Position numbers and translations under genes: made by a program
The notes under the pieces: model-generated
What the model was told of the DNA's origin: nothing
The model's input: only the letters and a program-made list of their open reading frames with translations
Databases searched by the model: none
From: Gemmatimonadales bacterium
Lineage (GTDB): Bacteria > Gemmatimonadota > Gemmatimonadetes > Gemmatimonadales > GWC2-71-9
NCBI GenBank assembly: GCA_049680185.1
Contig: JBAUHI010000027.1
Coordinates: forward strand, 43,383 to 107,382
Direction of reading: 5' to 3'
DNA: 64,000 bases
In this document: piece by piece, positions 19,178 to 27,491 of the stretch
Layout: every line of letters begins with the position of its first letter
How positions within the stretch are numbered: the first letter of the stretch is position 1

Positions 19178-19924
19178 GTGACCGAGATCGCGATCCAGAC
19201 CAGGGACGGCGCCTGTCGCAGCTTCGTGTACCGGCCAGCGGGAAAGGGGCCGTGGCCCGCGGTGCTGGTGTACATGGATGGGATCGGGATCCGGCCCGCC
19301 GTGCTGGAGCTGGGTGAGCGGCTCGCCAGCCACGACTACTTCGTGCTCCTCCCCGACCTGTTCTATCGATCGGGCCCCTATGCCCCGATGGACCCGCATA
19401 CGGTCTTCTCGGTGCCGGAACAGCGCAAGGTGCTGATGGAGAAGTTCTTCGCACCGGCGACTTCCGCGAATATCATGTCGGACACGCAGGCGTTCCTGGA
19501 GTACCTTGCCGCCCAGCCCGACGTCCGGCGTGGTGCCATCGGGACGACGGGGTACTGCATGGGAGGCCGGATGTCGCTGATCGCGGCGGGGACTTTTCCG
19601 GACCGCATCTCGGCCGCGGCATCCTATCACGGTAGCCGCCTGGCGAACGACGCACCCGACAGTCCGCACCTGCTGGCGCCCAAGATGCGTGCGAAGGTGT
19701 ATGTGGCCGGAGCGATCGAAGATGCATCGTTCCCCGACGATATGAAGGCCGAGCTCGAACGCGCGCTCACCGATGCGCACGTGGCTCATACCGTCGAGAC
19801 CTATCAGGCCAAGCACGGCTGGGTCTTCCGGGATACGCCGGTGTACGATGCCGCCGCGGCCGAGCGGCATTGGAAGACACTGCTGGCGCTGTTCGGCTCG
19901 ACTCTGCAGACTGGCCACGCCTGA
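19178..19924 (+). CDS. Dienelactone hydrolase family protein
   Basis: YRPAGKGPWPAVLVYMDGIGIRP, nucleophile elbow GTTGYCMGG, HGW near the C-terminus. GTG 1 nt after the moaA stop. Confidence 0.8.
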   Translation: MTEIAIQTRDGACRSFVYRPAGKGPWPAVLVYMDGIGIRPAVLELGERLASHDYFVLLPDLFYRSGPYAPMDPHTVFSVPEQRKVLMEKFFAPATSANIMSDTQAFLEYLAAQPDVRRGAIGTTGYCMGGRMSLIAAGTFPDRISAAASYHGSRLANDAPDSPHLLAPKMRAKVYVAGAIEDASFPDDMKAELERALTDAHVAHTVETYQAKHGWVFRDTPVYDAAAAERHWKTLLALFGSTLQTGHA

Positions 19925-19941
19925 TCGCAGCGACCAAGTGC

Positions 19942-19990
19942 CCGTTCACCGTTCATTATTCGCCGTTCTCCGTCCACCGGTCCCCGAATG
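19942..19990. repeat. Degenerate heptamer tandem array (CCGTTCA-like, 7 units) abutting the trmL start
   Basis: Phased units CCGTTCA CCGTTCA TTATTCG CCGTTCT CCGTCCA CCGGTCC CCGAATG. The last unit contains ATG 19988. Confidence 0.35.
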
Positions 19991-20566
19991 CTCCATATCG
20001 CGTTGCTCGAACCCCAGATCCCGCCCAACACCGGCAACATCGCCCGGCTCTGCGCCGCCACTGATACCGCACTCCACCTGGTCGAGCCGCTCGGGTTCTC
20101 CATCGACGACAAGCACCTGAAACGCGCCGGGCTCGACTACTGGGACAAGGTGGACCTCTGGCGTCATCCGACCTGGTTCGATTTCCGGAACGCCATCTCG
20201 CGGGAGCGCTGTATCTATTTCTCCGCGCACGGCGGCCAGGACTACCTCGAGGCGCCGTACCGGGCCAACAGCGTACTGGTCTTCGGGCGTGAGGACACCG
20301 GGCTCCCCGCCCGCATCCTCGAGAAGCATCCGGAGCAGTGCTACCGGATCCCGATGCCGGGAGACGTGCGCTCGCTCAACCTGGCCACCGCCGCGGGGAT
20401 CGTGCTCTACGAGGCGATGCGGCAGATCGGGCGAGGCAAAGAAGTGCCGGTGGCGGACGATCCCGACGGCCAGGTGGCGACCGGCGCCACCGCCCCTGGG
20501 GCGAGCGCGAAGAAGCCGGGGCGGAGCCGGACTCGACGGGGTGGAGTGGGGCGCAAACGGGCCTGA
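19988..20566 (+). CDS. trmL: tRNA (cytidine/uridine-2'-O)-methyltransferase TrmL (SpoU/TrmH) with an Arg-rich C-terminal tail
   Basis: MLHIALLEPQIPPNTGNIARLCAAT, VFGREDTGLP, RSLNLATAAGIVLYEA. Confidence 0.88.
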   Translation: MLHIALLEPQIPPNTGNIARLCAATDTALHLVEPLGFSIDDKHLKRAGLDYWDKVDLWRHPTWFDFRNAISRERCIYFSAHGGQDYLEAPYRANSVLVFGREDTGLPARILEKHPEQCYRIPMPGDVRSLNLATAAGIVLYEAMRQIGRGKEVPVADDPDGQVATGATAPGASAKKPGRSRTRRGGVGRKRA

Positions 20567-20593
20567 GGAGCACGGCAGCGGGCGGCGAGATCG

Positions 20594-20763
20594 CGGAGGC
20601 GGGCTCGCCGGGGGGACGGGGGAAGGGGCGAGAGATCCGCCGGAGTGAGTCGTCGCCCGCTACGCTGTCCGAGGGAACGGGCATCAGGGGATGGCAGCGA
20701 GCGTCGGGTTCCTTCGGTGGGAGTCTCGCCCCACTCCCAGCCTCCGGTGCGAGCCCGCCTCCG
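20594..20763. other. ~170-nt imperfect palindrome (long hairpin-forming element) between convergent trmL and the OMP gene
   Basis: 15-bp perfect inverted termini, CGGAGGCGGGCTCGC / GCGAGCCCGCCTCCG. In-register interior pairing includes GGGGCGAGA / TCTCGCCCC. Hand count: 53 WC plus 9 G-U of 82 positions. Confidence 0.5.
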
Positions 20764-20793
20764 GGGTCTCACCACCCGTCGCTCAGGTCGACG

Positions 20794-21555
20794 TCAACGA
20801 GGGAGTCGCCGCCCCACAATGACCTTGAGGATCGTGTGATCAGTGGCCGATGTGAGCCCGATCCCGACGCCGGCGTTCAGCTCCCACTCCGGTGCCAGGT
20901 GCAGGTCGATGGCAGGAAAGAGTTGCTGTTCGCGCTGATCTTCCGGAAGCAGGCCGCCCACCGGTCCCCACCCGCCGTAGTACTCGAAGCCTCCGGTGAT
21001 CACCTTCGAAAAGTCGTAGCTCACCTTCACGTTCGGCGCGAATGAGGCCTGCCGGTCGGGGCCGCTGAGCGGCACCTCGATGCTCGGATTGACGGCCCAA
21101 TACCAGGGGCCCGCCTGCCGGTCGATGATGGGCCGGAACTCGTAGTTGCACCGCTCGGTGGCGTAGGCGCGGTCCTGACACCCGATCTCCTGCGAGATAC
21201 TCACCCCTACCGGCCAGTGCCAGCTCGGCGGCACCCGCACCCGCGGGCGGATGTGGCTTCCCACGTAGTGCCAGCCCCCCTGCTGCACATTGGTGAAGAA
21301 GTAGAACCCGACCTCGAACCAGTCGGTGAATCCGTGGGTGATCTCGATCGTCTCGTGGAGGGCGTGGTTGGTCGGCTGCACCCCGTCCACCACCGAGGCC
21401 TCACCATCGGTGGTGTAATTCGAGTGCAGTTCGACCATCGTGATCGCCGGCGCCACGGTCTCGGAGCCGTAGACCTGGATCTCGTAGTTGTCCTGTGCCG
21501 CGAGCGGGGCGGCGAGGGCAGCTCCGACGAGGAGTAGTGCGGTGGATCGCAGCAC
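20794..21555 (-). CDS. Putative outer-membrane beta-barrel protein (possibly Phenol_MetA_deg-like)
   Basis: Signal peptide (M)LRSTALLLVGAALAAPLAAQD if GTG 21555 is used; the track ORF extends to 21612. Amphipathic strands rich in Y/W/G. The family assignment is tentative. Confidence 0.5.
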   Translation of the reverse strand: MLRSTALLLVGAALAAPLAAQDNYEIQVYGSETVAPAITMVELHSNYTTDGEASVVDGVQPTNHALHETIEITHGFTDWFEVGFYFFTNVQQGGWHYVGSHIRPRVRVPPSWHWPVGVSISQEIGCQDRAYATERCNYEFRPIIDRQAGPWYWAVNPSIEVPLSGPDRQASFAPNVKVSYDFSKVITGGFEYYGGWGPVGGLLPEDQREQQLFPAIDLHLAPEWELNAGVGIGLTSATDHTILKVIVGRRLPR

Positions 21556-21623
21556 GTGTAGTCCAGTGGAAGGGATATTCAAGATACGGGAACGATGGAT
21601 CCGGCGTTGCACAGACTTGGACC

Positions 21624-21629
21624 TACAAT
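21624..21629 (+). promoter_or_regulatory. Possible -10 box (TACAAT) for mdh
   Basis: A 5/6 match to TATAAT in the OMP/mdh divergent spacer. No convincing -35 at 16-18 nt: TTGCAC lies only 11 nt upstream. Confidence 0.25.
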
Positions 21630-21654
21630 CTCACTATGGCTCGGACTACATTGA

Positions 21655-21684
21655 GACGCTCGAACCACTCCGGGTTCGGGCGTC
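21655..21684 (+). other. Stable hairpin in the putative mdh 5' leader
   Basis: GACGCTCGAACC (21655-66) pairs with GGTTCGGGCGTC (21673-84): 11 WC pairs plus 1 G-U, loop ACTCCG. Sits 39 nt upstream of the mdh ATG. Confidence 0.45.
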
Positions 21685-21722
21685 GTTCGTCGCTCCGGAC
21701 CTGAACAAGGCACCTGCTTCCT

Positions 21723-22646
21723 ATGCTTCAGAAAGTCACAGTCGTCGGCGCCGGCAACGTGGGCGCTACCGCGGCCCAGCGCCTCGCCGAAAAGAGCCTC
21801 GCTCGCACCGTGGTCCTCCTCGACGTCGTCGACGGCGTCCCCCAGGGGAAGGGTCTCGACCAGTGGGAATCGGCCCCCATCGAGGGGTTCGACACCCGGA
21901 TCGTCGGTTCGACCTCCTATGATGCCGCCGCTGGCAGCGATCTCTTCGTCGTCACCGCCGGGATCGCGCGGAAGCCGGGAATGAGCCGGGACGACTTGGT
22001 CAAGACCAACGCGGGGATCGTCAAGTCGGTGGCGGAGAACATCAAGAAGGTCGCCCCCAAGAGCATCGTCATCGTCGTCTCCAACCCGCTCGACGTGATG
22101 TGCTACGTCACGATGCGGGAGACCGGCTTTCCCAAGGAACGGGTGATCGGGATGGCGGGCGTGCTCGATACCGCGCGCTACCGTTCCTTCCTGGCCCAGG
22201 AACTCGACGTGAGCGTCGAGGACATCCAGGCGATGGTCCTGGGCGGGCACGGCGATACGATGGTGCCGCTCATCTCCTACACGACGGTCTCCGGCATCCC
22301 GATCACCCAGCTCCTGTCCAAGGAGAAGCTCGACGGCATCGTGACCCGCGCCCGGAACGGCGGGGCGGAGATCGTCGCCTTCCTGAAGACCGGGTCGGCG
22401 TACTATGCGCCGAGTGCAGCGGCGGTGCAGATGGTCGAGGCCATCGCCCTCGACAAGAAGCGGATCCTCCCGTGCTCCGCCTGGCTCACCGGCGAATACG
22501 GCCTCAAGAACGTCTTCTGCGGCGTGCCCTGCAAGCTCGGCGCCAAGGGACTGGAATCGGTGCTCGAAGTGGCGCTCACCGCCGAGGAGCGGACCGCGCT
22601 GCACGCGTCGGCCAAAGCCGTGACCGACGTGATGGCAATTGTCTAA
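21723..22646 (+). CDS. mdh: Malate dehydrogenase (LDH-like type)
   Basis: [35 protein letters not shown]. Confidence 0.95.
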   Translation: MLQKVTVVGAGNVGATAAQRLAEKSLARTVVLLDVVDGVPQGKGLDQWESAPIEGFDTRIVGSTSYDAAAGSDLFVVTAGIARKPGMSRDDLVKTNAGIVKSVAENIKKVAPKSIVIVVSNPLDVMCYVTMRETGFPKERVIGMAGVLDTARYRSFLAQELDVSVEDIQAMVLGGHGDTMVPLISYTTVSGIPITQLLSKEKLDGIVTRARNGGAEIVAFLKTGSAYYAPSAAAVQMVEAIALDKKRILPCSAWLTGEYGLKNVFCGVPCKLGAKGLESVLEVALTAEERTALHASAKAVTDVMAIV

Positions 22647-22648
22647 CG

Positions 22649-22781
22649 AGTCGACAGCTATCGGCTGGCAGCTATCAGATGTTCGCGAATGAGACGATGG
22701 TGCATGAACGCGGCAGCCTCGGTTGCCCGCAGCCCGATAGCTGATGACTGATAGCGTGCGGTTGGCCGATCGCTGATAGCT
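22649..22781. repeat. Array of five GCTATC/GATAGC-core motifs between mdh and sdhC (operator array or RNA switch)
   Basis: CAGCTATCGG 22655, CAGCTATCAG 22669, CCGATAGCTG 22734, CTGATAGCG 22748, CTGATAGCT 22773. 16-position helix 22649-64 / 22734-49 (14 WC, 1 G-U, 1 mismatch). Confidence 0.5.
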
Positions 22782-22796
22782 TCCACCGAGACCCCC

Positions 22797-23462
22797 ATGA
22801 ACCCAATCATCCGCTTCTGGCGATCCACCATCGGGCAGCGGGTGCTGATGGCCCTGACCGGGATCATCGGCATCGGGTTCGTCATCCTCCATATGGTGGG
22901 GAACCTGCAGATCTTCCAGGGGCCGGAGAAGCTCAACGGCTACAGCCACATGCTGCACGGGCCGTTGAACGAGCTGCTCTGGGTGGCACGGGTGGTGCTC
23001 CTGGTCGCGGTGATCGTCCACATCTGGATGGCGTACAAGGTCACCGTCCGTAACGCCGCCGCTCGGCCCGTCGAGTACCAGAAGCGGGAGCCGCAGGTCT
23101 CGACCTGGGCCGCCCGTACGATGCGCTGGGGCGGGGTGCTCCTGCTCATCTTCATTCCGTTCCATATCCTCAACATCACCACTGGCGATATCCACCCCGG
23201 CGGCACGTTCGTGCCCGGCGATGTCTACGGCAACCTGACCGCCAACTTCAGGCTCTGGTGGATGACGGCGTTCTACGTCCTGGCGATGGGTGCCCTCGGC
23301 CTCCACCTCTTCCACGGCGCGTGGAGCTCCTGGCGGACGCTGGGCATCGCGAAGCCGAGCGACAAGCCGCTGCATCGCGACATTGCGGCGTTGGTGGCCG
23401 TCGTGGTGGCGCTCGGATTTGCGCTGGTCCCGCTTTCGATCTTCTTCGGCTGGGTGCGCTGA
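22797..23462 (+). CDS. sdhC: Succinate dehydrogenase/fumarate reductase cytochrome b subunit (single-subunit, b558 type)
   Basis: 221 aa, about five TM helices with conserved His residues. Lies directly upstream of sdhA with no separate sdhD, indicating a type-B anchor. Confidence 0.85.
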   Translation: MNPIIRFWRSTIGQRVLMALTGIIGIGFVILHMVGNLQIFQGPEKLNGYSHMLHGPLNELLWVARVVLLVAVIVHIWMAYKVTVRNAAARPVEYQKREPQVSTWAARTMRWGGVLLLIFIPFHILNITTGDIHPGGTFVPGDVYGNLTANFRLWWMTAFYVLAMGALGLHLFHGAWSSWRTLGIAKPSDKPLHRDIAALVAVVVALGFALVPLSIFFGWVR

Positions 23463-23463
23463 G

Positions 23464-25377
23464 ATGGAACTGAACCCGAAGGTCCCCGCGGGGCCGATCG
23501 AGACGCTCTGGGATCGGCACCGGTTCGAGATGAAGCTGGTCAACCCCGCCAACAAGCGGAAGCACACGATCATCGTGGTCGGCAGCGGGCTCGCGGGTGC
23601 CTCGGCAGCGGCGTCGCTGAGCGAACTGGGTTATCACGTCAAGTGCTTCTGCTTCCAGGACTCTCCGAGGCGGGCGCACTCTATCGCGGCGCAGGGCGGG
23701 ATCAACGCCGCCAAGAACTACCAGAACGACGGCGACTCGGTCTGGCGGCTCTTCTACGACACCGTGAAGGGCGGGGACTTCCGCTCCCGGGAGTCGAATG
23801 TGTATCGGCTGGCGCAGTTGAGCGTCAACATCATCGACCAGGCGGTGGCGCAGGGGGTGCCGTTCGCGCGGGAATACGGCGGCCTGTTGGACAACCGGTC
23901 CTTCGGGGGCGCCCAGGTGAGCCGGACCTTCTATGCCCGGGGCCAGACCGGTCAGCAGCTGCTGTTGGGTGCCTATCAGGCGCTCGAGAAGCAGATCGCC
24001 GTGGGCGGGGTCGAGATGCACCCGCGCACCGAGATGCTCGATCTCGTGGTCATCGACGGGCAGGCGCGCGGGATCGTCACCCGCGACCTCGTGTCCGGCG
24101 CGGTCGAGGCGCACGTCGCCGACGCGGTGGTGTTGGGCACCGGCGGGTATGGCAACGTCTTCTACCTCTCCACCAACGCCAAGGGGTCCAACGCGACCGC
24201 CATCTGGCGCGCGTACAAGCGCGGTGCGGCGTTCGCCAACCCCTGCTATACCCAGATCCACCCGACCTGCATCCCGGTGAGCGGCCACTATCAGTCGAAG
24301 CTCACGCTGATGAGCGAGTCGTTGCGGAACGACGGTCGGGTCTGGGTGCCGAAGCAGAAGGGGGACACGCGCCGTCCCAACGAGATCCCGGAAGCCGAAC
24401 GCGACTACTACCTGGAGCGGCGCTACCCGAGTTTCGGGAACCTGGTGCCGCGCGACGTCGCCTCGCGGGGTGCCAAAGAGCGCTGCGACGCCGGCTACGG
24501 TGTCGGGCCCGGCGGGTACGGCGTCTATCTCGACTTCGCCGATGCGATCAAGCGGCTGGGGCGCCACAAGATCGAGGAGCGCTACGGCAACCTCTTCGAG
24601 ATGTACCAGCGGATCACCGACGAGGACCCCTACCAGGTGCCGATGCGCATCTACCCGGCCATCCACTACACGATGGGCGGGCTGTGGGTGGATTACGACT
24701 TGATGAGCTCGGTCCCGGGTCTGCATGTCATCGGTGAGGCCAACTTCTCCGATCACGGCGCCAACCGGCTGGGTGCGAGCGCACTGATGCAGGGCCTGGC
24801 CGATGGCTACTTCGTGCTTCCGGCGACGATGGGCAACTACATCGCTCGCGCCAAGCTCCCACCGGTCACCGCCGACCATCCCGCCTTCAAGGCGTCGATG
24901 GCCGAGGTGGCGGCGCGGACCGCGCGGCTATTGGCCATCAAGGGAGACCGCTCGCCCGACAGCTTCCACAAGGAGCTCGGCAAGGTGATGTGGGAGGACT
25001 GCGGGATGGCGCGGAACAAGAAGGGGCTCGAAGCCGCGATCGCGCGGATCAGGGAGATCCGCGAGGAGTTCTGGAAGCATGTGTCCGTCCCCGGCACCGG
25101 CGAAGAGCTCAATCAGTCGTTGGAGAAGGCGGGGCGGGTGGCAGACTTCCTGGAGCTCGGCGAGCTGATCTGTCGAGATGCGGCGCACCGGGAAGAGTCG
25201 TGCGGGGGGCACTTCCGGGAGGAGTATCAAACGCCGGAGGGAGAGGCGCTGCGCGACGACGAGCACTTTGCCTATGTGGCGGCGTGGGAGTACACCGGTG
25301 AAGGGAAGGCGCCGGCGCTCAACAAAGAGCCGTTGGCGTTCGAACACGTTCACCTGGCCCAACGGTCCTACAAATAG
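23464..25377 (+). CDS. sdhA: Succinate dehydrogenase flavoprotein subunit
   Basis: [42 protein letters not shown]. The ATG lies 1 nt after the sdhC stop. Confidence 0.96.
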   Translation: MELNPKVPAGPIETLWDRHRFEMKLVNPANKRKHTIIVVGSGLAGASAAASLSELGYHVKCFCFQDSPRRAHSIAAQGGINAAKNYQNDGDSVWRLFYDTVKGGDFRSRESNVYRLAQLSVNIIDQAVAQGVPFAREYGGLLDNRSFGGAQVSRTFYARGQTGQQLLLGAYQALEKQIAVGGVEMHPRTEMLDLVVIDGQARGIVTRDLVSGAVEAHVADAVVLGTGGYGNVFYLSTNAKGSNATAIWRAYKRGAAFANPCYTQIHPTCIPVSGHYQSKLTLMSESLRNDGRVWVPKQKGDTRRPNEIPEAERDYYLERRYPSFGNLVPRDVASRGAKERCDAGYGVGPGGYGVYLDFADAIKRLGRHKIEERYGNLFEMYQRITDEDPYQVPMRIYPAIHYTMGGLWVDYDLMSSVPGLHVIGEANFSDHGANRLGASALMQGLADGYFVLPATMGNYIARAKLPPVTADHPAFKASMAEVAARTARLLAIKGDRSPDSFHKELGKVMWEDCGMARNKKGLEAAIARIREIREEFWKHVSVPGTGEELNQSLEKAGRVADFLELGELICRDAAHREESCGGHFREEYQTPEGEALRDDEHFAYVAAWEYTGEGKAPALNKEPLAFEHVHLAQRSYK

Positions 25378-25425
25378 GGCACGGCCGCTGACCGCGCCGC
25401 TGGCACGCACGAACGAGGATCCACC

Positions 25426-26178
25426 ATGCATATCCACCTGAAGGTCTGGCGCCAGTCTGGTCCCGGTGCCGCCGGTCGCCTCGAGAGCTACGATGCGGCC
25501 GACGTCAATCCGGACATGTCGTTCCTTGAGATGCTCGACGTCGTGAACGAGGGATTGCTGGAGCGGGGGGAGCGGTCGATCGCCTTCGATCATGACTGTC
25601 GCGAGGGGATCTGCGGCTCCTGCTCGATGATGATCGATGGAGTGGCGCATGGGCCCGTCAAGGGCACCGCCACCTGCCAGCTGCACATGCGGAGCTTCCA
25701 GGACGGCGACACCGTCGTGGTCGAGCCGTGGCGCTCGCGCGCGTTCCCGATCATCAAGGACCTCTGCGTCGACCGGAGCGCGCTCGACCGGGTCATCCAG
25801 GCGGGCGGGTTCATTTCAGCGCGCACCGGCAGCGCACCGGATGGCAACGCGATCCAGGTCGCCAAGGTCGATGCCGACCGGGCCTTCGAGGCCGCCGCCT
25901 GCATCGGGTGCGGAGCCTGTGTCGCCGCCTGTCCCAATGGGGCGGCCTCGCTCTTCACCGCCGCCAAGATCTCCCACCTGGGCCTTCTGCCGCAGGGCCA
26001 GCCTGAACGCGCTCGCCGAGCCCTGGCGATGGTGGAGCAGATGGATATCGAGGGGTTCGGCGGGTGCACGCTCTTCGGTGAGTGCCAGGAGGCGTGCCCC
26101 AAGGAGATCAGCATCGATTTCATTGCGCGGATGAATCGGGACTTCGTGGTCGCATCGCTCTTCGCGCCGTCGGAATGA
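25426..26178 (+). CDS. sdhB: Succinate dehydrogenase iron-sulfur subunit
   Basis: [39 protein letters not shown]. Confidence 0.95.
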   Translation: MHIHLKVWRQSGPGAAGRLESYDAADVNPDMSFLEMLDVVNEGLLERGERSIAFDHDCREGICGSCSMMIDGVAHGPVKGTATCQLHMRSFQDGDTVVVEPWRSRAFPIIKDLCVDRSALDRVIQAGGFISARTGSAPDGNAIQVAKVDADRAFEAAACIGCGACVAACPNGAASLFTAAKISHLGLLPQGQPERARRALAMVEQMDIEGFGGCTLFGECQEACPKEISIDFIARMNRDFVVASLFAPSE

Positions 26179-27491
26179 CGCTGGGCCTCGCCGCCCGCTC
26201 CGGATCCATTGCACCGGGCCGCCTGATGTCAGGTGGCCCGGCGTTGCTGTTGGCGGGGACGCTGCTGGTGACGGCCGGCCCGCTTGCGGCCCAGGCCTTT
26301 CACCTGGGGCCGGTCTCCGGCGACCTGATGGCCCAGGCGGTCGGGGTCGTCTCCTCGGCGGCGCCGATGCCGCATGACGTCCGGGTCACCGAAGCGCGCG
26401 TGGTCCAACCGGTCTTCTCCCTCGGCCTGGTCGCGCTCGGCGGCCACCTTCGGTTCCGCGGCACCCTCGACCTCGAGGGGTGGACGATCCCCGATGGGGA
26501 GCTCACCCCGGGCGCCTACGGCGAGGGATTCATCGACCGCCGCCATCCGCACACCTATGTGCACGAGCTGATGCTCACGGCGCATGATGTGCTCGGAGGG
26601 CTGGCGGTGCCGGCGCACCTGTCGTTCGCGTTCGGCAAGGGATTCGTCGCCTTCGGGAGCGACGACCCGATGGAGAGCCCGGTGGAGCGCTATCCGGTCG
26701 ACCACCACCTGGCCCAGATCCTCGAGCGCGAGGTGGCCATCGTCGGGATCGGCGTCGGACGGGCGGCGTTCGAGGCCACCTGGTTCAACGGGGACGAGCC
26801 TGAGTACCCGTCCGAGTGGCCCAACGGTCGGCGCTTCGGCGATTCTTACGCACTGCGCGCCACGTTCCGGCCGGTGCCGGGACTCGAAGGCCAAGGTTCA
26901 TATGCCAGGGTCAAGAGCCCCGAGCAACGACTGGGGGCAGGCCCCACGCAGTCCAAGTGGAGCACGTCGGTGCGTCTCGAGCGGGACCTGGGTGGCCGGC
27001 CGGTGTATGCAATGGCGGAGTATGCGCGCACCGTGGATGCCGGGGGCGCGTTCGTGTATGACAGCTGGCTCGCCGAGGGTGCGGTCACACTGGGTCTCGT
27101 TCGTCCTTATATGCGTCTGGAACGTACTGACCGTCCGGAAGAGCCACGGGTGGATGGCGCTTATCGGACCCAGCGGCCACCACTCGATAACTCGCTGCTC
27201 GGGATCACGCGCTGGTCCATCGCGACCGTGGGCGCCCAAGTGACGGCGCTCACCGCGCTCCGCCGGCTTCGCGTGATTCCTTTCGGGGAACTGTCGGTGG
27301 CGGGAGTGCGTCCGCTGAGCGGCTCTTTTGACCCCGATGCGTGGTATGGCGGGAGCACGATCCTGCAGCTGACCGCAGGGGTGCGGCTCGACTGGGGGAT
27401 GGTCGGGCACCGGATGGGGCGGTACGGGACCGTGCCGGACGATGCGACCTCGATGTCGACGATGAACATGGACAGCGTGGGGGAGCGATGA
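26175..27491 (+). CDS. Secreted / outer-membrane protein of unknown function
   Basis: Signal peptide [24 protein letters not shown]. The ATG at 26175 overlaps the sdhB stop; ATG 26226 is an alternative. His-rich [10 protein letters not shown] segment and beta-rich pattern. The stop overlaps the next gene's ATG. Confidence 0.5.
   Translation: MTLGLAARSGSIAPGRLMSGGPALLLAGTLLVTAGPLAAQAFHLGPVSGDLMAQAVGVVSSAAPMPHDVRVTEARVVQPVFSLGLVALGGHLRFRGTLDLEGWTIPDGELTPGAYGEGFIDRRHPHTYVHELMLTAHDVLGGLAVPAHLSFAFGKGFVAFGSDDPMESPVERYPVDHHLAQILEREVAIVGIGVGRAAFEATWFNGDEPEYPSEWPNGRRFGDSYALRATFRPVPGLEGQGSYARVKSPEQRLGAGPTQSKWSTSVRLERDLGGRPVYAMAEYARTVDAGGAFVYDSWLAEGAVTLGLVRPYMRLERTDRPEEPRVDGAYRTQRPPLDNSLLGITRWSIATVGAQVTALTALRRLRVIPFGELSVAGVRPLSGSFDPDAWYGGSTILQLTAGVRLDWGMVGHRMGRYGTVPDDATSMSTMNMDSVGER

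Noticed and set aside
20601-20628. Canonical G-quadruplex motif (GGG-N6-GGGGGG-N2-GGGGG-N2-GGGG) in the 5' arm of the palindrome
   Set aside because: G-runs are common in such GC-rich DNA. The same bases are accounted for by pairing with the C-rich 3' arm. It is not treated as an independent feature.
20594-20763. Interpretation of the 170-nt palindrome as 6S RNA
   Set aside because: The size and closing stem fit, but the pairing is near-continuous. It has only 2-3-nt internal loops and lacks the large central bubble that defines 6S RNA. It is kept only as a generic structured-element candidate.
20338-21045. 235-aa plus-strand ORF covering the palindromic spacer and the 3' end of the OMP gene
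   Set aside because: The translation is R/G/P/S-rich. It overlaps the trmL 3' end and runs antisense into the OMP gene. The spacer is better explained as a structured non-coding element.
22679-22744. 21-codon ORF (MFANETMVHERGSLGCPQPDS) as a bona fide small-protein gene
   Set aside because: It has no SD and no amino-acid bias typical of leader peptides, and it is the tail of a longer out-of-frame track ORF. It is mentioned only as a possible element of the mdh-sdhC regulatory structure.
21579-24879. Long minus-strand ORFs (21579..23573 and 23248..24879) opposite mdh, sdhC and sdhA
   Set aside because: These are shadow ORFs with low-complexity Arg/His/Asp-rich translations. The plus-strand enzymes carry all canonical motifs.
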